In this document: positions 56,655 through 64,000 of the stretch, one piece after another
How positions within the stretch are numbered: position 1 is the stretch's first letter
How the letters are laid out: each line of letters opens with the position of its first letter
From: Clostridia bacterium
GTDB lineage: Bacteria > Bacillota > Clostridia > Christensenellales > UBA1242
Length of the DNA: 64,000 bases
Assembly: GCA_045588915.1 (NCBI GenBank)
Contig: JAZNFA010000008.1
Span: 139,744 to 203,743 of the forward strand
Direction of reading: 5' to 3'
Made by a program: the position numbers and the translations under genes
The notes under the pieces: model-generated
Databases searched by the model: none
What the model saw: the letters and a program-made list of their open reading frames with translations, nothing else
What the model was told of the DNA's origin: nothing

Positions 56655-56692
56655 AAAAAAAGCGACATTGGAAATCTATATGTCGCTTTTTT
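56655..56692 (+). terminator. Rho-independent terminator (A6-stem-T run, potentially bidirectional)
   Basis: Perfect 8-bp stem AGCGACAT / ATGTCGCT, 11-nt loop, flanking A6 and T6. Confidence 0.8.
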
Positions 56693-56810
56693 GTTGTGTT
56701 AATTGTCGAAATTTGTTGAACGATTTAATTAGACAATTGTTTACAGTTTTTTTATGCTTAATTATCTAACGAAATACAAAAGTTTTTTAAATTATTTGGG
56801 GGAAAATTAA

Positions 56811-57221
56811 ATGAGTGTAAAAGGTTCTGAATTAAGAACAATGGCTAGATTAGCTTTTAAACGTTTATCGTCAGGTTTTTGGCAGGAAGAAAAATTACGC
56901 CGTAAAAAAACTTTAACAATTTTACGAAGCCAAGGCGCAGACACAAATGCTGCCAAAAAATATCTAGTTGACCATACCAAACAACAAATCGCAGCAGTTA
57001 TCAATCCTACTGAAGAATTAGAATATAACCGTATAAAAGCGATATTTATGGCAGGCAATGGTGAAAATGCTTTGGCTAGTTTAATGGACCATCAGTTAAT
57101 GCAAACTATGGATGATGGAGCAAGACAGCGTTATATTTTTGGGTTAAGTCACAAATTACAAGAATACCGTGAGCGATATGAAAAAGAACAACAGTTTAAT
57201 TGTCAAACTATGTCAATGTAG
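56811..57221 (+). CDS. Hypothetical protein (helical, basic N-terminus)
   Basis: Intact 136-aa ORF with SD GGGGGA. No family recognised. Confidence 0.6.
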   Translation: MSVKGSELRTMARLAFKRLSSGFWQEEKLRRKKTLTILRSQGADTNAAKKYLVDHTKQQIAAVINPTEELEYNRIKAIFMAGNGENALASLMDHQLMQTMDDGARQRYIFGLSHKLQEYRERYEKEQQFNCQTMSM

Positions 57222-57233
57222 TATAATAAGCAC

Positions 57234-59105
57234 ATGGGATTAACAATAACTCAATCTGAGATTGTTAACGCACCTTTAGGTGCAATGTTAGTTACGGCTG
57301 GTGCTGGTTCTGGCAAGACTCGTGTTTTAACTAGTCGACTTTTACACTTGTTAAAAAGTGGTATTCCTGAAAAATCAATTATTGCGTTAACCTTTACTAA
57401 TAAAGCTGGCAATGAAATGCGTGAAAGAGTGGAAAAACTCTTAGGTCGACCATTTAATACTTTTATTGGTACTTTTCATAGTTTTTGTGTTCGTTTGTTA
57501 CGTAAACATAGTGGTAAACCAAACTTTTCAATTTATGCAACTTCTGATACTAATAAGGTTTTAAAAGAAATCATTAAAGATTTATTCCAAGAAGTTGATA
57601 CTGAATTGTATAAGTCTGCTGTTAGTGGTTTATCTAACTGGAAACATCACGGTGTTGTTGAATTTACAAGTTATCACGATGCTTTGATTAAAATCTTTAA
57701 TACATATCGAGAACAGTTACGAAAAAATAATGCTTATGATTTTGACGATTTATTGCTTGAAACATTAGAGTTGTTAAAAACAAACACTGATGTATGTGAT
57801 AAATTGAAGGATTATTTTCAATATATATTGGTTGATGAGTTTCAGGACACAAACGAAATCCAATATGAAATTGTATCTATCTTAGCTCAAAAACACCGTA
57901 ACATAATGGTTGTTGGAGACGAAGATCAGTGTATTTATTCTTGGCGAGGTGCCAGTGTGGAGAATTTAAATCGTTTTCGTGCAGATTTTCCTGACGCACG
58001 TATTTATCGTTTGGAAGAGAATTTTCGAAGTTCTGGCAATATTGTTAAATTAGCTAGTGATTTAGTTGCAAAAAACAGTAACCGTATTGATAAAAAATTG
58101 TTTAGTAATATCAATGATGGACTAATTAATTTTGAGGATTTTTATGACGATAAACAAGAGGCGCAAGGAATTATTAGTCACATTTTAGAAAATCGTCGTA
58201 ATGGTGGTACTTGGTCTGATTCAGCTATTTTAATGCGTATTAACGCATTGTCACGCCGCTTTGAAGAAGTTTTACGAATGTATAATATTCCATATGTTGT
58301 CTGGGGTGGTTTTAAATTTTATGAACGTGCCGAAGTAAAAATAGTTTTAGACTATTTGCGTTTGCTGGTGAATCCAAATGACGAAGTTGCTTTTTTTAAT
58401 GTTATCAATTTTCCTAAAAGAGGTATTGGGGAAGCTTGTCACACAAAGATTAAACAATATGCTCGTGAACATAATTTAACTTCATATCAAATTGTTGAAG
58501 ATATAGAGAATTATGATATCAGTGTACCAACTAAAACAAAAAATGCAATTCGTCAATTTTCAAACATTTTGCGGCAATTACAAGATTTATTGAAACAAGG
58601 TTTGATTCCTTTGGCAAACGAATTAGTAGATGTCACTGGATTGCAAAGTCATTATGAATCAGAAAAGGATGACAGCGAAAGTCGTCTTGAAAATATTTAC
58701 CAATTGTGTGGTTCAATTCGTGAATTTGCTTCGGTTAATCCAACAGCTGATTTAAGTAGCTATTTGCAAAGTGTAACGTTAGCAGGGGGAGAAGATCCAG
58801 ATGCAACCGATCACGTTGTTATTTCTACAATTCATAGTGCTAAAGGTTTGGAATTTAAAAATGTTTATATAGTGGGTATGGAAGATGGCTTGTTTCCTTC
58901 TTACAAATCTCAATATAAAGATGAAATCTTAGAAGAAGAACGTCGTTTACTTTATGTTGCAATTACTCGAGCGATGCGTAACTTGAATATTTCATATTCT
59001 CGTTCGCGTTTTTTGAATGGTGAAATTAGTCGCACGGTTCCTAGTAGCTTTCTTATGGAATTAGGCTACTTTGGTGGATATCGTGAGCGTAGTTTTAATT
59101 GGTAA
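57234..59105 (+). CDS. pcrA: UvrD/PcrA/Rep-family ATP-dependent DNA helicase (short, 623 aa)
   Basis: Walker A AGAGSGKT, DEFQDTN, VGDEDQCIYSWRGA, TIHSAKGLEF, LLYVAITRA. Confidence 0.9.
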   Translation: MGLTITQSEIVNAPLGAMLVTAGAGSGKTRVLTSRLLHLLKSGIPEKSIIALTFTNKAGNEMRERVEKLLGRPFNTFIGTFHSFCVRLLRKHSGKPNFSIYATSDTNKVLKEIIKDLFQEVDTELYKSAVSGLSNWKHHGVVEFTSYHDALIKIFNTYREQLRKNNAYDFDDLLLETLELLKTNTDVCDKLKDYFQYILVDEFQDTNEIQYEIVSILAQKHRNIMVVGDEDQCIYSWRGASVENLNRFRADFPDARIYRLEENFRSSGNIVKLASDLVAKNSNRIDKKLFSNINDGLINFEDFYDDKQEAQGIISHILENRRNGGTWSDSAILMRINALSRRFEEVLRMYNIPYVVWGGFKFYERAEVKIVLDYLRLLVNPNDEVAFFNVINFPKRGIGEACHTKIKQYAREHNLTSYQIVEDIENYDISVPTKTKNAIRQFSNILRQLQDLLKQGLIPLANELVDVTGLQSHYESEKDDSESRLENIYQLCGSIREFASVNPTADLSSYLQSVTLAGGEDPDATDHVVISTIHSAKGLEFKNVYIVGMEDGLFPSYKSQYKDEILEEERRLLYVAITRAMRNLNISYSRSRFLNGEISRTVPSSFLMELGYFGGYRERSFNW

Positions 59106-59451
59106 GACCTAAACTTAATTTTACAGCACGATCAACGCGCTGTTGGTCAATTAAGTTAATTGTTGCAAGTTTATGATGTAAACGCTTTTTATCTATTGTT
59201 TTAATTTGTTCGCATAGAACTAAGCTGTCGCAATGTAAGTCGTAATTACTAGCATTTAAGAATACATGCGTTGGAATCTTGTTTTTATAAATTTTTGATG
59301 TTAAACAGGCGACTACTACCGTCGGGCTATATTTGTTTCCAATGTCATTTTGTAAAATTATAACAGGGCGAAAGCCTTCTTGTTCGCTGTTTAAACTTGA
59401 ACCATTATCACCTAGATTCGCAAAATATATTTCGCCTCGTTTTACTTCCAT
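59095..59451 (-). CDS. mazF: MazF/PemK/EndoA-family endoribonuclease toxin (solitary)
   Basis: Close by-eye match to B. subtilis EndoA: VKRGEIYFANL, GFRPVIILQNDIGNKYSPTVVVACLTS, IPTHVFL, DSLVLCEQIKTIDKKRL. Confidence 0.88.
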   Translation of the reverse strand: MEVKRGEIYFANLGDNGSSLNSEQEGFRPVIILQNDIGNKYSPTVVVACLTSKIYKNKIPTHVFLNASNYDLHCDSLVLCEQIKTIDKKRLHHKLATINLIDQQRVDRAVKLSLGLTN

Positions 59452-59461
59452 ATTTTATTGT

Positions 59462-60274
59462 ATGTGTTATAATTCAAATGTGGGATTTCAAATTTTTGGT
59501 GTGCATATTGCATATTATGGTATTATTATTTCGTTTGGCTTATTGATTGGTATAATTTTATGTGACCTCCTATGTCGCAAACGTGGTTATGATACAAATA
59601 TACCTTATACATTAGTTTTATTTGTTGTTCCATTAGCTGTTTTAGGTGCACGTTTTTATTATATAATTTTTTCTGATCAATTATCGTTGGCAGATTTCTT
59701 CAATTTTACAAATGGTGGTTTTCAAGGCTTAGCAATCTATGGTGCTGAAATTGGTGGACTAATTGGTATTATTATTTACTGTTCAGTAAAAAAATGTAGT
59801 GCTTTTGCAATCACTGATTTTGTTGTTATTGCTTTAATCCTTGGACAAAGTATTGGGCGTTGGGGAAATTTTTTCAACCAAGAAGCTTTTGGTATAGTCA
59901 CAAATTGGCATTGTTTTCCTTTTACAGTTTATATAGATTCTTTACAAGAATATCATTTAGCAACTTTTTTTTATGAAAGTATTTTGAACTTTGTTGGCTT
60001 TTTTGTTTTACTTCTAATTTATCACAAACAAAAAAAAATTGGTACAACAACAGCAAGTTATTTAATTTGGTATGGTATAACCCGTGCTATCATAGAACCT
60101 TTACGTACCGATAGTTTATTGTTCCCAGGAACGACGGCAGATTTTGTTTTTAATCGAGTTTCTTTTGTTTTAAGTATTGCATTAATCGTGGTTGGTGTGG
60201 TATTATTAATATTGAATAAAAAGGGGAAATTATCACAAAATGACAAACACTTACTTAAATCAGTTAATCAATGA
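59462..60274 (+). CDS. lgt: Prolipoprotein diacylglyceryl transferase (start uncertain: ATG 59462 or GTG 59480)
   Basis: YGIIISFGLLIG, GARFYY and GRWGNFFNQEAFG motifs. Confidence 0.92.
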   Translation: MCYNSNVGFQIFGVHIAYYGIIISFGLLIGIILCDLLCRKRGYDTNIPYTLVLFVVPLAVLGARFYYIIFSDQLSLADFFNFTNGGFQGLAIYGAEIGGLIGIIIYCSVKKCSAFAITDFVVIALILGQSIGRWGNFFNQEAFGIVTNWHCFPFTVYIDSLQEYHLATFFYESILNFVGFFVLLLIYHKQKKIGTTTASYLIWYGITRAIIEPLRTDSLLFPGTTADFVFNRVSFVLSIALIVVGVVLLILNKKGKLSQNDKHLLKSVNQ

Positions 60275-60695
60275 ATTTGACCAAGAATTTGAGTCATTAA
60301 TTATTCCATTTCCAAGCTCTTATGTTGTTACACATACTGAAGAAAAACCATTAGAAAAAACTACAAATGTTGAAGCCACCAATGAATATAAAGAAACGTC
60401 GGATGAAGCTTCAGCATCTCAAAAATTAAAAGAAATTGAAGCATTAGCGACTAAAATTTCATCTGAACGTTATAATTCAAACTACAATCCAGAGATTTGT
60501 TTAGCTAATTTATTAAACTATATTTTGTCATCGGAAAATCAAGATATGGAAAATGACTTCTTCCAGTTATTAAATCAAGAAAATAGTTCAGACTTGGATC
60601 AAGTTTTGACTGATTTTGATTTTTATTTGGATAATCCTTATAAGAAAAAGGCAGAAAAGATTTTATCAAAAATTGAGGCACGTAAAAATAAATGA
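60240..60695 (+). CDS. Hypothetical acidic protein
   Basis: 151-aa ORF overlapping the lgt stop and the thiI start (translational coupling). No family recognised. Confidence 0.55.
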   Translation: MTNTYLNQLINEFDQEFESLIIPFPSSYVVTHTEEKPLEKTTNVEATNEYKETSDEASASQKLKEIEALATKISSERYNSNYNPEICLANLLNYILSSENQDMENDFFQLLNQENSSDLDQVLTDFDFYLDNPYKKKAEKILSKIEARKNK

Positions 60696-61846
60696 GCGTT
60701 ATAGTTTGTAGTTATGGGGAAATACACTTAAAAGGCGCTAATCGTGGTTTTTTCTTACGAACCTTAATGAAGAATATTCGTCAAGTTTTACCCACTACGG
60801 TCAAAGCAGAAGTTAATGATACAAGAGTAGTTGTTAGTGATTTTGCTGATGCGCAACCTATCGTTGCACAATTAAAAAAAGTTTTTGGGTTAACAAGTAT
60901 TCGAGTTTGTGAAACAGTTAATTTTCAAAAACCAGAAGATATTTTATCTTATTTATCAACGTTAAAAATTAAGGGTACATTTAAAGTTGTCATCAATCGT
61001 GCTGATAAAAATTTCCCAATTAAAAGTCCTGTTTTCGCGCCACAGTGTGGTGATGTTATTTTAAAAAACAATCCAGAAGCTAAGGTGGATGTTCAACAAC
61101 CGAAAACATCTGTACAAGTAGAAATTCGTCACAATGGGGTAGCATATATTTCAACGGACGTTATCCGTGGTTTAGGTGGTTTGCCTGTTGGTGTTTCCGG
61201 GCGTGCCATTTGTCTAATTTCTGGTGGTATCGATAGTCCCGTCGCCGCATTCTTGGCGATGAAACGTGGCTTAGCTGTTGATTTTGTGCATTTTACTACG
61301 CCACCATATACAAGCGAACTTGCCTTACAGAAAGTCGTTTCGCTTTGTAAGCGGGTTAATCAATTTGGTAATACAGGAAAGCTTTATGTTGTCCCTTTTA
61401 CGGAAATTGGTTCACAAATTCAAAAGAATTTTCACGAAGAATTTACTATTACGGTTATGCGTCGTTTTATGATTGCTTTAGCTGAAAAAATCGGTGTAGA
61501 GCATTTTGCTGATTGTATTATTACAGGTGAAAACTTAGCGCAAGTTGCCAGTCAAACAATTCAAGGAATCACCAGCAATAATTTTGTGGCAAAACGACTT
61601 CCAATCCTTCGACCGTTGATTTGTTTTGATAAAGATGAAATTATTCATTTAGCAAAGGAAATTGAAACGTATCAAATTAGTATTTTACCTTACGAAGACT
61701 GTTGTACTGTTTTTGTTCCGTCGCATCCAACTATTAAACCATCACTTGAACGTGTTTTGGCTGAAGAGCAAAAATTGAATTTTGATGAATTAGTAAAAAA
61801 TTGCTACGAAAAAATTGAATGCAAAAATTTGCAAGATAATAACTAA
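60692..61846 (+). CDS. thiI: tRNA 4-thiouridine synthase ThiI (no rhodanese domain)
   Basis: THUMP-type N-terminal region and PP-loop SGGIDSPVA. Confidence 0.92.
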   Translation: MSVIVCSYGEIHLKGANRGFFLRTLMKNIRQVLPTTVKAEVNDTRVVVSDFADAQPIVAQLKKVFGLTSIRVCETVNFQKPEDILSYLSTLKIKGTFKVVINRADKNFPIKSPVFAPQCGDVILKNNPEAKVDVQQPKTSVQVEIRHNGVAYISTDVIRGLGGLPVGVSGRAICLISGGIDSPVAAFLAMKRGLAVDFVHFTTPPYTSELALQKVVSLCKRVNQFGNTGKLYVVPFTEIGSQIQKNFHEEFTITVMRRFMIALAEKIGVEHFADCIITGENLAQVASQTIQGITSNNFVAKRLPILRPLICFDKDEIIHLAKEIETYQISILPYEDCCTVFVPSHPTIKPSLERVLAEEQKLNFDELVKNCYEKIECKNLQDNN

Positions 61847-61863
61847 TTGCATTTATACGATTA

Positions 61864-63048
61864 TTATTTAAAAATTTTAGGAATGTACTTTAATACAGGT
61901 TCTGGCTTGTCTAAAACTACAGACACGATACAATCCTTAATTTCATCTAAAACGTTACGATTAACTTTTTTTAAGTTAGTTATGAATGGTAAACCAATAC
62001 GTACGCCACTAGTTTCTACAGCTGTGCGTGGGTCGTCTTGAATTTTATTCTTGTTTGTTACAATACCAAATTTTTGTTCTAATTCATCTTGAACTTGACG
62101 TCCTGATTTATTCGTATCTCGTAAATCAATTAAAAACAAATGAGTTTCAGTTTTGCCTGAAATTATTTTAATACCCTCTTTTTTTAACTCTTCACACAAA
62201 TAATTTGTGTTTTGCATAACTTTTTCTATATATCTACGATAATTTGGTGTGAAAGCTTCTTCCAAACAAACGGCTTTTGCAGCGATGACGTGCATTAAAG
62301 GACCACCTTGTGAACCTGGGAAAACAGCTTTATCAATTGCTTTCGCAAACTCTTCCTTGCATAGAATCATACCCCCACGTGGGCCACGCAGAGTTTTATG
62401 AGTTGTTGTTGTTACAACATCGGCCCATTTCATTGGGTTAGGGTAAAGGCCAGCTGCAACTAAACCTGCAAAATGTGCCATATCCACCATAAAATAAGCA
62501 CCAATTGATTTCGCTAATTTTGCAATTCTTTCAAAGTCAATGACTAAACTATAAGCACTACAACCAGCAACAATAATTTGTGGTTTGTGTTCTTTCGCTA
62601 ATTTTTCTAAAGATTTATAATCTAAGATTCCGTCTTTATCTAATCCATAATTAACAACGTTGTAAAGTTTTCCCGAGAAAGAAACTTTCGCACCGTGTGT
62701 TAAGTGTCCACCAGCATCTAATGACATTGATAAGATTGTGTCGCCTGGTTTTAATAATGCGAAATATACTGCCATATTCGCCGCTGAACCACAGTGTGGT
62801 TGTACGTTAGCGTGATCTGCTTCAAATAATTTACAAGCTAGATCACGGCAATAATTTTCAACTTGGTCAACGACTTCACAACCAGAGTAGTAACGAGCTC
62901 CTGGATAACCTTCTGCATATTTATTTGTTAAACAACTCCCCATTGCTGCCATAACATTTCTGCTTGCAATGTTTTCACTAGCAATTAAATTGATTTTACT
63001 CCATTGTCTTTTATTTTCGTCTTTGATTAACTTCTGTATTTTGTTCAT
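61864..63048 (-). CDS. glyA: Serine hydroxymethyltransferase
   Basis: LIASEN, and TTTTHKTLRGPRGG carrying the PLP lysine. ATG at 63048 (MNKIQKLIKDE). Confidence 0.96.
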   Translation of the reverse strand: MNKIQKLIKDENKRQWSKINLIASENIASRNVMAAMGSCLTNKYAEGYPGARYYSGCEVVDQVENYCRDLACKLFEADHANVQPHCGSAANMAVYFALLKPGDTILSMSLDAGGHLTHGAKVSFSGKLYNVVNYGLDKDGILDYKSLEKLAKEHKPQIIVAGCSAYSLVIDFERIAKLAKSIGAYFMVDMAHFAGLVAAGLYPNPMKWADVVTTTTHKTLRGPRGGMILCKEEFAKAIDKAVFPGSQGGPLMHVIAAKAVCLEEAFTPNYRRYIEKVMQNTNYLCEELKKEGIKIISGKTETHLFLIDLRDTNKSGRQVQDELEQKFGIVTNKNKIQDDPRTAVETSGVRIGLPFITNLKKVNRNVLDEIKDCIVSVVLDKPEPVLKYIPKIFK

Positions 63049-63247
63049 TAGAATAATTATATATTTAGAGCAAAAAATAGGCAAACTAAAAAAAGCAAGT
63101 CATTTTTATTACCATTAAATAATTTTTCTTGATATGCTTGTGTTAATTGTTTGGCTTCATCGCTATCGTAAAAATCAGAGTTAATTGTCATAAATACTTG
63201 TATGAATAATACTGTATATTTTGTCACAAGCAACACATAATAAGATT

Positions 63248-63493
63248 ATGGAAAATCAAAACAAAGTAAATAGTACAAAAAAAAATAAAAAAAGTAATCC
63301 AATGAAAAAAATTGGTAAAACAATAAAAGATACATTTATTGAAATGAGTAGTAGCTTGGCAGGTTGGATTGATGATACAGGGGCACATTTTAGTGGTAAG
63401 AAGAAAAAAAGTACTACAAATAAAAATAGTACAACTGCATCAAAAACAACAATGTCACCTAAATCATCATCACATAAAATAGAAAATAATTAA
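63248..63493 (+). CDS. Hypothetical Lys/Ser/Thr-rich low-complexity protein
   Basis: ORF only. No SD, compositionally biased. Confidence 0.35.
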   Translation: MENQNKVNSTKKNKKSNPMKKIGKTIKDTFIEMSSSLAGWIDDTGAHFSGKKKKSTTNKNSTTASKTTMSPKSSSHKIENN

Positions 63494-63552
63494 GAAAAAT
63501 ACTTAAAATATGAATTTTGAATTTTTATTAAAGATGATATAATGTTTTGTTG

Positions 63553-64000
63553 ATGGCACCACGTTATCGTCAATCGCGAAGAAATAGTTATCGAAATCGT
63601 ACAAGTCGGGCGACTAATTTTCCACGTCGGAAAATAAGCCCACTTTTTTATGTTTTAGTTTGTGCTATTGTGCTCGTTTGTGTTTTGTACGGTGGTTATA
63701 GCTTTTTCCCTAATGTGTTTGATTTTGACAATGATAAATATCATAAAAATGAAACTAGTAGTATTGATGTAAATTTGGTTAAAAGTCAAGAACTGTCAAT
63801 TCACTTCTTAGAGTTAGGAAACAAAGTTGATGGTGATTGTACTTTGGTTAAGGCTGGTAATACAGAAATTTTAATTGATGCTGGTTCGGATGAAAGTTCC
63901 ATTACTACAATTAAAAATTATATTGATCAGTATATTGAAGATAATGTACTTGAATATATTATTGTAACTCATGCTCATAAAGATCATTATGCTGGATTTG
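63553..64000 (+). CDS. Membrane-anchored metallo-beta-lactamase-fold hydrolase (ComEC C-terminal-domain-like), 3' end outside window
   Basis: My translation: Arg-rich N-terminus, TM (LFYVLVCAIVLVCVLYGG), then LSIHFLELGN..GDCTLVKAGNTEILIDAG..IIVTHAHKDHYAGF (HxHxDH). Open to the window end. Confidence 0.8.
   Translation, partial: MAPRYRQSRRNSYRNRTSRATNFPRRKISPLFYVLVCAIVLVCVLYGGYSFFPNVFDFDNDKYHKNETSSIDVNLVKSQELSIHFLELGNKVDGDCTLVKAGNTEILIDAGSDESSITTIKNYIDQYIEDNVLEYIIVTHAHKDHYAGF

Noticed and set aside
56701-56738. Exact Spo0A 0A-box heptamer TGTCGAA within an inverted repeat AATTGTC-N24-GACAATT upstream of the hypothetical gene at 56811
   Set aside because: A 7-mer is expected by chance in a 64-kb AT-rich window. 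Other copies occur inside CDSs (for example near 29446). The spoIIGA upstream region has only imperfect matches. It is worth testing only if the Spo0A-C protein is studied.
63057-63191. 44-codon minus-strand ORF (MTINSDFYDSDEAKQLTQAYQEKLFNGNKNDLLFLVCLFFALNI) immediately upstream of glyA
   Set aside because: It has no SD and no recognisable family. It may be chance or a remnant. I also looked for a riboswitch here, but the region is uniformly AT-rich with no conserved-core-like GC segments.

Overview
Gene-dense chromosomal segment (about 66 protein genes, no rRNA, tRNA or CRISPR seen) from a low-GC Bacillota-type bacterium. It uses the standard bacterial code: Trp is TGG, TGA ends many well-delimited genes, and an RF2 gene is present. 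Most content is housekeeping: rpoB/rpoC, rnr, ileS, greA, ksgA, a class A PBP, mutS/mutL, ftsZ, rpsO, infC-rpmI-rplT, ruvC, dnaD/dnaI-like, dapA, secDF, queA, prfB, tsaD, alaS, pcrA, lgt, thiI and glyA. The block floA-yqfC-yqfD-ybeY-cdd-era keeps the Bacillus subtilis yqf gene order. A minimal spoIIGA-like/sigE pair and a receiver-less Spo0A DNA-binding domain protein point to a sporulating or formerly sporulating lineage. Genes are tightly packed, with several overlapping convergent ends. Three things stand out. (1) Two paralogous surface-protein genes (4895-7168 and 29341-30537) carry a roughly 40-aa WTDGTNTYYS repeat that I cannot assign to a named family. They share a near-identical 5' cassette, each preceded by a long poly-T tract (T10 and T16) lying in a candidate promoter spacer, so they may be phase-variable and size-variable. 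(2) Several core proteins have lost catalytic or ligand residues or whole domains: a Cys-less NifU/IscU, a cytidine deaminase without Zn ligands, FeoB without its G domain, MiaB without TRAM, a compact AlaRS, a mini SpoIIGA, and an ABC ATPase with degenerate motifs. (3) There are several solitary RNase-type or regulatory oddities: an HEPN-like/CBS fusion, a MazF toxin with no adjacent antitoxin, an NYN-domain protein, and a membrane-anchored PadR. All functional calls come from motif recognition by eye; no database search was run.
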